DNA from: Auanema rhodensis
Lineage: Eukaryota; Animalia; Nematoda
Direction: 5' to 3'
NCBI GenBank assembly: GCA_964057225.1
Contig: OZ059897.1
Location: 2,356,001-2,420,000, forward strand
DNA length: 64,000 nucleotides
Position numbers and translations under genes: made by a program. Under the pieces are notes generated by a model that searched no databases, was not told the DNA's origin, and was given only the letters and a program-made list of their open reading frames with translations. The stretch's first letter is position 1. The number at the start of each line of letters is the position of its first letter. This document shows positions 9,601 to 25,100 of this stretch, piece after piece.

Positions 9601-12600
9601 ATTGTCCATCGTCTTTGCCTTAAAAAAAGAAATCTAAAAACTCCTACTTTTTGTGAAATTATTTAGAAATTTTTCGGGAAAATTTTTGTCACAATGTTTT
9701 TGGAAGCAATGTTGAGTGTACATGGGAACTCAGCATACACTAATGCATTATTTTTCAAACGATCATAACTAATTTTTGTATAGAGCGTTTCTCAATGTAG
9801 TATAGTGCATTCGATGCGGATTTTTAAGCTGCGTTGATCTGTGTTATCCGATTTGAGCTAGCTTGAAAATGTACCGAGATATCAACTGATATATGTTCAC
9901 ACTTATATCCTCGATTTTCACCCTGAAGAATATATTTTTTCGTTGAATAACATTGTCCATCGTCTTCGCCTTGAAAAAAGGAATCTAAAAACATCTACTT
10001 TTTGTGAAATTATTTAGAAATTTTTCGGGAAAATTTTTGTCAAAATGTTTTTGGAAGCAATGTTGAGTGTACATGGGAACTCAACATACACTAATGCATT
10101 ATTTTTCAAACGATCATAACTAATTTTTTTATGGAGCGTTTCTCAATGTAGTATAGTGCATTCGATGCGGATTTTTAAGCTGCGTTGATCTGTGTTATCA
10201 GATTTGCGCTAGCTTAAAAATGCACCGAGTAATCAACTGATATAGGTTCACACTTATATCCTCGATTTTTACCCTGAAGAATTAATTTTTTCGTTGAATA
10301 ACATTGTCCATCGTCTTTGCCTTGAAAAAAAATCTAAAAACTCCTACTTTTTGTGAAATTATTTAGAAATTTTTCGGGAAAATTTTTGTCACAATGTTTT
10401 TGGAAGCAATGTTGAGTGTACATGGGAACTCAGCATACACTAATGCATTATTTTTCAAACGATCATAACTAATTTTTGTATAGAGCGTTTCTCAATGTAG
10501 TATAGTGCATTCGATGCGGATTTTTAAGCTGCGTTGATCTGTGTTATCAGATTTGAGTTAACTTAAAAATGCACCGAGATATCAACTGATATAGGTTCAC
10601 ACATATATCCTCGATTTTCACCCTGAAGAAATGATTTTTTCGTTGAAAAACATTGTCCATCGTCTTCGTCTTGAAAAAAGGAATCTAAAAACATCTACTT
10701 TTTGTGAAATTATTCAGAAATTTTTCGGGAAAATGTTTGTCAAAATGTTTTTGGAAGCAATGTTGAGTGTACATGGGAACTCAACATACACTAATGCATT
10801 ATTTTTCAAACGATCATAACTAATTTTTGTATAGAGCGTTTCTCAAAGTAGTATAGTGCATTCGATGCGGATTTTTAAGCTGCGTCGATCTGTGTTATCA
10901 GATTTGAGTTAGCTTAAAAATGCACCGAGATATCAACTGATATATGTTCACACTTATATCCTCGATTTTCACCCTGAAGAAATGATTTTTTCGTCGAAAA
11001 AACATTGTCCATCGTCTTTGCCTTGAAAAAAGGAATCTAAAAACATCTACTTTTTGTGAAATTATCTAGAAATTTTTCGGGAAAATTTTTGTCAAAATGT
11101 TTTTGGAAGCAATGTTGAGTGTACATGGGAACTCAACATACACTAATGCATTATTTTTCAAACGATCATAACTAATTTTTGTATAGAGCGTTTCTCAATG
11201 TAGTATAGTGCATTCGATGCGGATTTTTAAGCTGCGTCGATCTGTGTTATCAGATTTGCGCTAGCTTAAAAATGCACCGAGTAATCAACTGATATAGGTT
11301 CACACTTATATCCTCGATTTTTACCCTGAAGAATTAATTTTTTCGTTGAATAACATTGTCCATCGTCTTTGCCTTGAAAAAAGAAATCTAAAAACTCCTA
11401 CTTTTTGTGAAATTATTTAGAAATTTTTCGGGAATATTTTTGTCACAATGTTTTTGGAAGCAATGTTGAGTGTACATGGGAACTCAGCATACACTAATGC
11501 ATTATTTTTTAAACGATCATAACTAATTTTTGTATAGAGCGTTTCTCAATGTAGTATAGTGCATCCGATGCGGATTTTTAAGCTGCGTTGATCTGTGTTA
11601 TCAGATTTGCGCTAGCTTAAAAATGCAGCGAGATATCAACTGATATATGTTCACACTTATATCCTCGATTTTCACCCTGAAGAAATGATTTTTTCGTCGA
11701 AAAAACATTGTCCATCGTCTTTGCCTTGAAAAAAGGAATCTAAAAACATCTACTTTTTGTGAAATTATCTAGAAATTTTTCGGGAAAATTTTTGTCAAAA
11801 TGTTTTTGGAAGCAATGTTGAGTGTACATGGGAACTCAACATACACTAATGCATTATTTTTCAAACGATCATAACTAATTTTTGTATAGAGCGTTTCTCA
11901 TTGTAGTATAGTGCATTCGATGCGGATTTTTAAGCTGCGTTGATCTGTGTTATCAGATTTGCGCTAGCTTAAAAATGCACCGAGTAATCAACTGATATAG
12001 GTTCACACTTATATCCTCGATTTTTACCCTGAAGAATTAATTTTTTCGTTGAATAACATTGTCCATCGTCTTTGCCTTGAAAAAAGAAATCTAAAAACTC
12101 CTACTTTTTGTGAAATTATTTAGAAATTTTTCGGGAAAATTTTTGTCACAATGTTTTTGGAAGCAATGTTGAGTGTACATGGGAACTCAGCATACACTAA
12201 TGCATTATTTTTCAAACGATCATAACTAATTTTTGTATAGAGCGTTTCTCAATGTAGTATAGTGCATTCGATGCGGATTTTTAAGCTGCGTTGATCTGTG
12301 TTATCAGATTTGAGTTAACTTAAAAATGCACCGAGATATCAACTGATATAGGTTCACACATATATCCTCGATTTTCACCCTGAAGAAATGATTTTTTCGT
12401 TGAAAAACATTGTCCATCGTCTTCGTCTTGAAAAAAGAAATCTAAAAACATCTACTTTTTGTGAAATTATTCAGAAATTTTTCGGGAAAATGTTTGTCAA
12501 AATGTTTTTGGAAGCAATGTTGAGTGTACATGGGAACTCAACATACACTAATGCATTATTTTTCAAACGATCATAACTAATTTTTGTATAGAGCGTTTTT

Positions 12601-13499
12601 TAATGTAGTATAGTGCATTCGATGCGGATTTTTAAGCTGCGTCGATCTGTGTTATCAGATTTGAGTTAGCTTAAAAATGCACCGAGATATCAACTGATAT
12701 ATGTTCACACTTATATCCTCGATTTTCACCCTGAAGAAATGATTTTTTCGTTGAAAAAACATTGTCCATCGTCTTTGCCTTGAAAAAAGGAATCTAAAAA
12801 CATCTACTTTTTGTGAAATTATCTAGAAATTTTTCGGGAAAATTTTTGTCAAAATGTTTTTGGAAGCAATGTTGAGTGTACATGGGAACTCAACATACAC
12901 TAATGCATTATTTTTCAAACGATCATAACTTATTTTTGTATAGAGCGTTTCTCAATGTAGTGTAGTGCATTCGATGCGGATTTTTAAGCTGCGTCGATCT
13001 GTGTTATCCGATTTGAGCTAGCTTGAAAATGTACCGAGATATCAACTGATATATGTTCACACTTATATCCTCGATTTTTACCCTGAAGAATTAATTTTTT
13101 CGTTGAATAACATTGTCCATCGTCTTTGCCTTGAAAAAAGAAATCTAAAAACTCCTACTTTTTGTGAAATTATTTAGAAATTTTTCGGGAATATTTTTGT
13201 CACAATGTTTTTGGAAGCAATGTTGAGTGTACATGGGAACTCAGCATACACTAATGCATTATTTTTCAAACGATCATAACTAATTTTTGTATAGAGCGTT
13301 TCTCAATGTAGTATAGTGCATTCGATGCGGATTTTTAAGCTGCGTTGATCTGTGTTATCAGATTTGCGCTAGCTTAAAAATGCACCGAGATATCAACTGA
13401 TATATGTTCACACTTATATCCTCGATTTTCACCCTGAAGAAATGATTTTTTCGTTGAATAACATTGTCCTTCGTCTTCGTCTTGAAAAAAGGAATCTAA

Positions 13500-16400
13500 A
13501 AACATCTACTTTTTGTGAAATTATTTAGAAATTTTTCGGGAAAATTTTTGTCAAAATGTTTTTGGAAGCAATGTTGAGTGTACATGGGAACTCAACATAC
13601 ACTAATGCATTATTTTTCAAACGATCATAACTAATTTTTGTATAGAGCGTTTCTCATTGTAGTATAGTGCATTCGATGCGGATTTTTAAGCTGCGTTGAT
13701 CTGTGTTATCAGATTTGCGCTAGCTTAAAAATGCACCGAGTAATCAACTGATATAGGTTCACACTTATATCCTCGATTTTCACCCTGAAGAATTAATTTT
13801 TTCGTTGAATAACATTGTCCATCGTCTTTGCCTTGAAAAAAGAAATCCAAAAACTCCTACTTTTTGTGAAATTATTTAGAAATTTTTCGGGAAAATTTTT
13901 GTCACAATGTTTTTGGAAGCAATGTTGAGTGTACATGGGAACTCAGCATACACTAATGCATTATTTTTCAAACGATCATAACTAATTTTTGTATAGAGCG
14001 TTTCTCAATGTAATATAGTGCATTCGATGCGGATTTTTAAGCTGCGTTGATCTGTGTTATCAGATTTGCGCTAGCTTAAAAATGCACCGAGATATCAACT
14101 GATATATGTTCACACTTATATCCTCGATTTTCACCCTGAAGAAATGATTTTTTCGTTGAAAAACATTGTCCATCGTCTTCGTCTTGAAAAAAGGAATCTA
14201 AAAACATCTACTTTTTGTGAAATTATTCAGAAATTTTTCGGGAAAATTTTTGTCAAAATGTTTTTGGAAGCAATGTTGAGTGTACATGGGAACTCAACAT
14301 ACACTAATGCATTATTTTTCAAACGATCATAACTTATTTTTGTATAGAGCGTTTCTCAATGTAGTATAGTGCATTCGATGCGGATTTTTAAGCTGCGTCG
14401 ATCTGTGTTATCCGATTTGAGCTAGCTTGAAAATGTACCGAGATATCAACTGATATATGTTCACACTTATATCCTCGATTTTCACCCTGAAGAATTTATT
14501 TTTTCGTTGAATAACATTGTCCATTGTCTTCGCCTTGAAAGAAGGAATCTAAAAACATCTACTTTTTGTGAAATTATTAAGAAATTTTTCGGGAAAATTT
14601 TTGTCAAAATGTTTTTGGAAGCAATGTTGAGTGTACATGGGAACTCAGCATACACTAATGCATTATTTTTCAAACGATAATAACTAATTTTTGTATGGAG
14701 CGTTTCTTAATGTAGTATAGTGCATTCGATGCGGATTTTTAAGTTGCGTTGATCTGTGTTATCAGATTTGAGTTAGCTTAAAAATGCACCGAGATATCAA
14801 CTGATATATGTTCACACTTATATCCTCGATTTTCACCCTGAAGAAATGATTTTTTCGTTGAATAACATTGTCCATCATCTTCGTCTTGAAAAAAGGAATC
14901 TAAAAACATCTACTTTTTGTGAAATTATTTAGAAATTTTTCGGGAAAGTTTTTGTCAAAATGTTTTTGGAAGCAATGTTGAGTGTACATGGGAACTCAAC
15001 ATACACTAATGCATTATTTTTCAAACGATCATAACTAATTTTTGTATGGAGCGTTTCTCAATGTAGTATAGTGCATTCGATGCGGATTTTTAAGCTGCGT
15101 TGATCTGTGTTATCAGATTTGCGATAGCTTAAAAATGCACCGAGTAATCAACTGATATAGGTTCACACTTATATCCTCGATTTTCACCCTGAAGAATTAA
15201 TTTTTTCGTTGAATAACATTGTCCATCGTCTTTGCCTTGAAAAAAGAAATCTAAAAACTCCTACTTTTTGTAAAATTATTTAGAAATTTTTCGGGAAAAT
15301 TTTTGTCACAATGTTTTTGGAAGCAATGTTGAGTGTACATGGGAACTCAACATACACTAATGCATTATTTTTCAAACGATCATAACTAATTTTTGTATAG
15401 AGCGTTTCTTAATGTAGTATAGTGCATTCGATGCGGATTTTTAAGCTGCGTTGAGCTGTGTTATCAGATTTGAGTTAGCTTATAAATGCACCGAGATATC
15501 AACTGATATATGTTCACACTTATATCCTCGATTTTCACCCTGAAGAAATGATTTTTTCGTTGAATGACATTGTCCATCGTCTTCGTCTTGAAAAAAGGAA
15601 TCTAAAAACATCTACTTTTTGTGAAATTATTTAGAAATTTTTCGGGAAAATTTTTGTCAAAATGTTTTTGGAAGCAATGTTGAGTGTACATGGGAACTCA
15701 GCATACACTAATGCATTATTTTTCAAACGATCATAACTAATTTTTGTATGGAGCGTTTCTCAATGTAGTATAGTGCATTCGATGCGGATTTTTAAGCTGC
15801 GTTGATCTGTGTTATCAGATTTGCGCTAGCTTAAAAATGCACCGAGTAATCAACTGATATAGGTTCACACTTATATCCTCGATTTTCACCCTGAAGAATT
15901 AATTTTTTCGTTGAATAACATTGTCCATCGTCTTTGCCTTGAAAAAAGAAATCTAAGAACTCCTACTTTTTGTAAAATTATTTAGAAATTTTTCATGAAA
16001 ATTTTTGTCACAATGTTTTTGGAAGCAATGTTGAGTGTACATGGGAACTCAACATACACTAATGCATTATTTTTCAAACGATCATAACTAATTTTTGTAT
16101 AGAGCGTTTCTTAATGTAGTATAGTGCATTCGATGCGGATTTTTAAGCTGCGTTGATCTGTGTTATCAGATTTGAGTTAGCTTAAAAATGCACCGAGATA
16201 TCAACTGATATATGTTCACACTTATATCCTCGATTTTCACCCTGAAGAAATGATTTTTTCGTTGAATGACATTGTCCATCGTCTTCGTCTTGAAAAAAGG
16301 AATCTAAAAACATCTACTTTTTGTGAAATTATTTAGAAATTTTTCGGGAAAATTTTTGTCAAAATGTTTTTGGAAGCAATGTTGAGTGTACATGGGAACT

Positions 16401-19400
16401 CAACATACACTAATGCATTATTTTTCAAACGATCATAACTAATTTTTGTATAGAGCGTTTCTCAATGTAGTATAGTGCATTCGATGCGGATTTTTAAGCT
16501 GCGTTGATCTGTGTTATCAGATTTGAGTTAACTTAAAAATGCACCGAGATATCAACTGATATATGTTCACACTTATATCCTCGATTTTCACCCTGAAGAA
16601 ATGATTTTTTCGTTGAAAAACATTGTCCATCGTATTCGTTTTGAAAAAAGAAATCTAAAAACATCTACTTTTTGTGAAATTATTTAGAAATTTTTCGGGA
16701 AAATTTTTGTCAAAATGTTTTTGGAAGCAATGTTGAGTGTGCATGGGAACTCAACATACACTAATGCATTATTTTTCAAACGATCATAACTAATTTTTGT
16801 ATAGAGCGTTTCTCAATGTAGTATAGTGCATTCGATGCGGATTTTTAAGCTGCGTTGATCTGTGTTATCAGATTTGAGTTAACTTAAAAATGCACCGAGA
16901 TATCAACTGATATATGTTCACACTTATATCCTCGATTTTCACCCTGAAGAAATGATTTTTTCGTTGAAAAACATTGTCCATCGTATTCGTTTTGAAAAAA
17001 GAAATCTAAAAACATCTACTTTTTGTGAAATTATTTAGAAATTTTTCGGGAAAATTTTTGTCAAAATGTTTTTGGAAGCAATGTTGAGTGTGCATGGGAA
17101 CTCAACATACGCTAATGCATTATTTTTCAAACGATCATAACTAATTTTTGTATAGAGCGTTTCTCATTGTAGTATAGTGCATTCGATGCGGATTTTCAAG
17201 CTGCGTTGATCTGTGTTATCAGATTTGAGTTAACTTAAAAATGCACCGAGATATCAACTGATATAGGTTCACACTTGTATCCTCGATTTTCACCCTGAAG
17301 AAATGATTTTTTCGTTGAAAAACATTGTCCATCGTATTCGTCTTGAAGAAAGGAATCTAAAAACATCTACTTTTTGTGAAATTATTTAGAAATTTTTCGG
17401 GAAAATTTTTGTCAAAATGTTTTTGGAAGCAATGTTGAGTGTACATGGGAACTCAACATACACTAATGCATTATTTTTCAAACGATCATAACTAATTTTT
17501 GTATAGAGCGTTTCTCATTGTAGTATAGTGCATTCGATGCGGATTTTTAAGCTGCGTTGATCTGTGTTATCAGATTTGCGCTAGCTTAAAAATGCACCGA
17601 GTAATCAACTGATATAGGTTCACACTTATATCCTCGATTTTCACCCTGAAGAATTAATTTTTTCGTTGAATAACATTGTCCATCGTCTTTGCCTTGAAAA
17701 AAGAAATCCAAAAACTCCTACTTTTTGTGAAATTATTTAGAAATTTTTCGGGAAAATTTTTGTCACAATGTTTTTGGAAGCAATGTTGAGTGTACATGGG
17801 AACTCAGCATACACTAATGCATTATTTTTCAAACGATCATAACTAATTTTTGTATAGAGCGTTTCTCAATGTAATATAGTGCATTCGATGCGGATTTTTA
17901 AGCTGCGTTGATCTGTGTTATCAGATTTGCGCTAGCTTAAAAATGCACCGAGATATCAACTGATATATGTTCACACTTATATCCTCGATTTTCACCCTGA
18001 AGAAATGATTTTTTCGTTGAAAAACATTGTCCATCGTCTTCGTCTTGAAAAAAGGAATCTAAAAACATCTACTTTTTGTGAAATTATTCAGAAATTTTTC
18101 GGGAAAATTTTTGTCAAAATGTTTTTGGAAGCAATGTTGAGTGTACATGGGAACTCAACATACACTAATGCATTATTTTTCAAACGATCATAACTTATTT
18201 TTGTATAGAGCGTTTCTCAATGTAGTATAGTGCATTCGATGCGGATTTGTAAGCTGCGTCGATCTGTGTTATCCGATTTGAGCTAGCTTGAAAATGTACC
18301 GAGATATCAACTGATATATGTTCACACTTATATCCTCGATTTTCGACCTGAAGAATTTATTTTTTCGTTGAATAACATTGTCCATTGTCTTCGCCTTGAA
18401 AGAAGGAATCTAAAAACATCTACTTTTTGTGAAATTATTAAGAAATTTTTCGGGAAAATTTTTGTCAAAATGTTTTTGGAAGCAATGTTGAGTGTACATG
18501 GGAACTCAGCATACACTAATGCATTATTTTTCAAACGATAATAACTAATTTTTGTATGGAGCGTTTCTTAATGTAGTATAGTGCATTTGATGCGGATTTT
18601 TAAGTTGCGTTGATCTGTGTTATCAGATTTGAGTTAGCTTAAAAATGCACCGAGATATCAACTGATATATGTTCACACTTATATCCTCGATTTTCACCCT
18701 GAAGAAATGATTTTTTCGTTGAATAACATTGTCCATCATCTTCGTCTTGAAAAAAGGAATCTAAAAACATCTACTTTTTGTGAAATTATTTAGAAATTTT
18801 TCGGGAAAATTTTTGTCAAAATGTTTTTGGAAGCAATGTTGAGTGTACATGGGAACTCAACATACACTAATGCATTATTTTTCAAACGATCATAACTAAT
18901 TTTTGTATGGAGCGTTTCTCAATGTAGTATAGTGCATTCGATGCGGATTTTTAAGCTGCGTTGATCTGTGTTATCAGATTTGCGCTAGCTTAAAAATGCA
19001 CCGAGTAATCAACTGATATAGGTTCACACTTATATCCTCGATTTTCACCCTGAAGAATTAATTTTTTCGTTGAATAACATTGTCCATCGTCTTTGCCTTG
19101 AAAAAAGAAATCTAAAAACTCCTACTTTTTGTAAAATTATTTAGAAATTTTTCGGGAAAATTTTTGTCACAATGTTTTTGGAAGCAATGTTGAGTGTACA
19201 TGGGAACTCAACATACACTAATGCATTATTTTTCAAACGATCATAACTAATTTTTGTATAGAGCGTTTCTTAATGTAGTATAGTGCATTCGATGCGGATT
19301 TTTAAGCTGCGTTGAGCTGTGTTATCAGATTTGAGTTAGCTTATAAATGCACCGAGATATCAACTGATATATGTTCACACTTATATCCTCGATTTTCACC

Positions 19401-20700
19401 CTGAAGAAATGATTTTTTCGTTGAATGACATTGTCCATCGTCTTCGTCTTGAAAAAAGGAATCTAAAAACATCTACTTTTTGTGAAATTATTTAGAAATT
19501 TTTCGGGAAAATTTTTGTCAAAATGTTTTTGGAAGCAATGTTGAGTGTACATGGGAACTCAGCATACACTAATGCATTATTTTTCAAACGATCATAACTA
19601 ATTTTTGTATGGAGCGTTTCTCAATGTAGTATAGTGCATTCGATGCGGATTTTTAAGCTGCGTTGATCTGTGTTATCAGATTTGCGCTAGCTTAAAAATG
19701 CACCGAGTAATCAACTGATATAGGTTCACACTTATATCCTCGATTTTCACCCTGAAGAATTAATTTTTTCGTTGAATAACATTGTCCATCGTCTTTGCCT
19801 TGAAAAAAGAAATCTAAGAACTCCTACTTTTTGTAAAATTATTTAGAAATTTTTCATGAAAATTTTTGTCACAATGTTTTTGGAAGCAATGTTGAGTGTA
19901 CATGGGAACTCAACATACACTAATGCATTATTTTTCAAACGATCATAACTAATTTTTGTATAGAGCGTTTCTTAATGTAGTATAGTGCATTCGATGCGGA
20001 TTTTTAAGCTGCGTTGATCTGTGTTATCAGATTTGAGTTAGCTTAAAAATGCACCGGGATATCAACTGATATATGTTCACACTTATATCCTCGATTTTCA
20101 CCCTGAAGAAATGATTTTTTCGTTGAATGACATTGTCCATCGTCTTCGTTTTGAAAAAAGAAATCTAAAAACATCTACTTTTTGTGAAATTATTTAGAAA
20201 TTTTTCGGGAAAATTTTTGTCAAAATGTTTTTGGAAGCAATGTTGAGTGTGCATGGGAACTCAACATACGCTAATGCATTATTTTTCAAACGATCATAAC
20301 TAATTTTTGTATAGAGCGTTTCTCATTGTAGTATAGTGCATTCGATGCGGATTTTCAAGCTGCGTTGATCTGTGTTATCAGATTTGAGTTAACTTAAAAA
20401 TGCACCGAGATATCAACTGATATAGGTTCACACTTGTATCCTCGATTTTCACCCTGAAGAAATGATTTTTTCGTTGAAAAACATTGTCCATCGTATTCGT
20501 CTTGAAAAAAGAAATCTAAAAACATCTACTTTTTGTGAAATTATTTAGAAATTTTTCGGGAAAATTTTTGTCAAAATGTTTTTGGAAGCAATGTTGAGTG
20601 TACATGGGAACTCAACATACACTAATGCATTATTTTTCAAACGATCATAACTAATTTTTGTATAGAGCGTTTCTCATTGTAGTATAGTGCATTCGATGCG
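13500..20700. repeat. Tandem duplication with 11-monomer (3861-bp) offset; second copy lacks 2 monomers
   Basis: Rare variants repeat at +3861: taatatag 14011/17872, ORF 14144/18005, gaGctgtg ~15453/19314, ttcATgaaa ~15993/19854. After ~20148 the offset becomes 3159 (tacGct ~17111/20270; tttCaag 17197/20356). Confidence 0.85.
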
Positions 20701-22110
20701 GATTTTTAAGCTGCGTTGATCTGTGTTATCAGATTTGCGCTAGCTTAAAAATGCACCGAGTAATCAACTGATATAGGTTCACACTTATATCCTCGATTTT
20801 CACCCTGAAGAATTAATTTTTTCGTTGAATAACATTGTCCATGATCTTTGCCTTGAAAAAAGAAATCTAAGAACTCCTACTTTTTGTAAAATTATTTAGA
20901 AATTTTTCATGAAAATTTTTGTCACAATGTTTTTGGAAGCAATGTTGAGTGTACATGGGAACTCAACATACACTAATGCATTATTTTTCAAACGATCATA
21001 ACTAATTTTTGTATAGAGCGTTTCTTAATGTAGTATAGTGCATTCGATGCGGATTTTTAAGCTGCGTTGATCTGTGTTATCAGATTTGAGTTAGCTTAAA
21101 AATGCACCGAGATATCAACTGATATATGTTCACACTTATATCCTCGATTTTCACCCTGAAGAAATGATTTTTTCGTTGAATGACATTGTCCATCGTCTTC
21201 GTCTTGAAAAAAGGAATCTAAAAACATCTACTTTTTGTGAAATTATTTAGAAATTTTTCGGGAAAATTTTTGTCAAAATGTTTTTGGAAGCAATGTTGAG
21301 TGTACATGGGAACTCAACATACACTAATGCATTATTTTTCAAACGATCATAACTAATTTTTGTATAGAGCGTTTCTCAATGTAGTATAGTGCATTCGATG
21401 CGGATTTTTAAGCTGCGTTGATCTGTGTTATCAGATTTGCGCTAGCTTAAAAATGCACCGAGTAATCAACTGATATAGGTTCACACTTATATCCTCGATT
21501 TTCACCCTGAAGAATTAATTTTTTCGTTGAATAACATTGTCCATGATCTTTGCCTTGAAAAAAGAAATCTAAGAACTCCTACTTTTTGTAAAATTATTTA
21601 GAAATTTTTCATGAAAATTTTTGTCACAATGTTTTTGGAAGCAATGTTGAGTGTACATGGGAACTCAACATACACTAATGCATTATTTTTCAAACGATCA
21701 TAACTAATTTTTGTATAGAGCGTTTCTTAATGTAGTATAGTGCATTCGATGCGGATTTTTAAGCTGCGTTGATCTGTGTTATCAGATTTGAGTTAGCTTA
21801 AAAATGCACCGAGATATCAACTGATATATGTTCACACTTATATCCTCGATTTTCACCCTGAAGAAATGATTTTTTCGTTGAATGACATTGTCCATCGTCT
21901 TCGTCTTGAAAAAAGGAATCTAAAAACATCTACTTTTTGTGAAATTATTTAGAAATTTTTCGGGAAAATTTTTGTCAAAATGTTTTTGGAAGCAATGTTG
22001 AGTGTACATGGGAACTCAACATACACTAATGCATTATTTTTCAAACGATCATAACTAATTTTTGTATAGAGCGTTTCTCAATGTAGTATAGTGCATTCGA
22101 TGCGGATTTT
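20700..22110. repeat. Tandem duplication of a 2-monomer (702-bp) unit
   Basis: The private variant ccatGAtct occurs at ~20841 and ~21543, each followed by ttcATgaaa and a gaatGac monomer. Confidence 0.85.
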
Positions 22111-25100
22111 TAAGCTGCGTTGATCTGTGTTATCAGATTTGAGTTAACTTAAAAATGCACCGAGATATCAACTGATATATGTTCACACTTATATCCTCGA
22201 TTTTCACCCTGAAGAAATGATTTTTTCGTTGAAAAACATTGTCCATCGTATTCGTTTTGAAAAAAGAAATCTAAAAACATCTACTTTTTGTGAAATTATT
22301 TAGAAATTTTTCGGGAAAATTTTTGTCAAAATGTTTTTGGAAGCAATGTTGAGTGTGCATGGGAACTCAACATACGCTAATGCATTATTTTTCAAACGAT
22401 CATAACTAATTTTTGTATAGAGCGTTTCTCATTGTAGTATAGTGCATTCGATGCGGATTTTCAAGCTGCGTTGATCTGTGTTATCAGATTTGAGTTAACT
22501 TAAAAATGCACCGAGATATCAACTGATATAGGTTCACACTTGTATCCTCGATTTTCACCCTGAAGAAATGATTTTTTCGTTGAAAAACATTGTCCATCGT
22601 ATTCGTCTTAAAAAAAGGAATCTAAAAACATCTACTTTTTGTGAAATTATTTAGAAATTTTTCGGGAAAATTTTTGTCAAAATGTTTTTGGAAGCAATGT
22701 TGAGTGTACATGGGAACTCAACATACACTAATGCATTATTTTTCAAACGATCATAACTAATTTTTGTATAGAGCGTTTTTCATTGTAGTATAGTGCATTC
22801 GATGCGGATTTTTAAGCTGCGTTGATCTGTGTTATCAGATTTGAGTTAACTTAAAAATGCACCGAGATATCAACTGATATAGGTTCACACATATATCCTC
22901 GATTTTCACCCTGAAGAAATGATTTTTTCGTTGAAAAACATTGTCCATCGTCTTCGTTTTGAAAAACGGAATCTAAAAACATCTACTTTTTGTGAAATTA
23001 TTCAGAAATTTTTCGGGAAAATTTTTGTCAAAATGTTTTTGGAAGCAATGTTCAGTGTACATGGGAACTCAACATACACTAATGCATTATTTTTCAAACG
23101 ATCATAACTAATTTTTGTATAGAGCGTTTCTCAATGTAGTATAGTGCATTCGATGCGGATTTTTAAGCTGCGTTGATCTGTGTTATCGGATTTGAGTTAG
23201 CTTAAAAGTGCACCGAGATATCAACTGATATATGTTCACACTTATATCCTCGATTTTCACCCTGAAGAATTAATTTTTTCGTTGAATAACATTGTCATTT
23301 GTCTTCGTCTTGAAAAAAGGAATCTAAAAACATCTACTTTTTGTGAAATTATTTAGAAATTTTTCGGGAAAATTTTTGTCAAAATGTTTTTGGAAGCAAT
23401 GTTGAGTGTACATGGGAACTCAACATACACTAATGCATTATTTTTCAAACGATCATAACTAATTTTTGTATAGAGCGTTTCTCTTTGTAGTATAGTGCAT
23501 TCGATGCGGATTTTTAAGCTGCGTTGATCTGTGTTATCAGATTTGAGTTAGCTTAAAAATGCACCGAGATATCAACTGATATATGTTCACACTTATATCC
23601 TCGATTTTCACCCTGAAGAAATGATTTTTTCGTTGAATAACATTGTCATTTGTCTTCGTCTTGAAAGAAGGAATCTAAAAACATCTACTTTTTGTGAAAT
23701 TATTTAGAAATTTTTCGGGAAAATTTTTGTCAAAATGTTTTTGGAAGCAATGTTGAGTGTACATGGGAACTCAACATACACTAATGCATTATTTTTCAAA
23801 CGATCATAACTAATTTTTGTATAGAGCGTTTCTCTTTGTAGTATAGTGCATTCGATGCGGATTTTTAAGCTGCGTTGATCTGTGTTATCAGATTTGCGCT
23901 AGCTTAAAAATGCACCGAGTAATCAACTGATATAGGTTCACACTTATATCCTCGATTTTCACCCTGAAGAATTAATTTTTTCGTTGAATAACATTGTCCA
24001 TCGTCTTTGCCTTGAAAACAGAAATCCAAAAACTCCTACTTTTTGTGAAATTATTTAGAAATTTTTCGGGAAAATTTTTGTCACAATGTTTTTGGAAGCA
24101 ATGTTGAGTGTACATGGGAACTCAGCATACACTAATGCATTATTTTTCAAACGATCATAACTAATTTTTGTATAGAGCGTTTCTCAATGTAGTATAGTGC
24201 ATTCTATGCGGATTTTTAAGCTGCGTTGATCTGTGTTATTAGATTTCAGTTAGCTTAAAAATGCACCGAGATATCAACTGATATAGGTTCACACATGTAT
24301 CCTCGATTTTCACCCTGAAGAAATGATTTTTTCGTTGAAAAACATTAACCATCGTATTCGTCTTGAAAAAAGGAATCTAAAAACATCTACTTTTTGTGAA
24401 ATTATTTAGAAATTTTTCGGGAAAATTTTTGTCAAAATGTTTTTGGAAGCAATGTTGAGTGTACATGGGAACTCAACATACACTAATGCATTATTTTTCA
24501 AACGATCATAACTAATTTTTGTATAGAGCGTTTCTCATTGTAGTATAGTGCATTCGATGCGGATTTTTAAGCTGCGTTGATCTGTGTTATCAGATTTGAG
24601 TTAACTTAAAAATGCACCGAGATATGAACTGATATAGGTTCACACATATATCCTCGATTTTCACCCTGAAGAAATGATTTTTTCGTTGAAAAACATTGTC
24701 CATCGTCTTCGTCTTGAAAAAATGAATCTAAAAACATCTACTTTTTGTGAAATTATTCAGAAATTTTTCGGGAAAATTTTTGTCAAAATGTTTTTGGAAG
24801 CAATGTTGAGTGTACATGGGAACTCAACATACACTAATGCATTATTTTTCAAACGATCATAACTAATTTTTGTATAGAGCGTTTCTTAATGTAGTATAGT
24901 GCATTCGATGCGGATTTTTAAGCTGCGTTGATCTGTGTTATCAGATTTGAGTTAGCTTAAAAATGCACCGAGATATCAACTGATATATGTTCACACTTAT
25001 ATCCTCGATTTTCACCCTGAAGAAATGATTTTTTCGTTGAATGACATTGTCCATCGTCTTCGTCTTGAAAAAAGGAATCTAAAAACATCTACTTTTTGTG

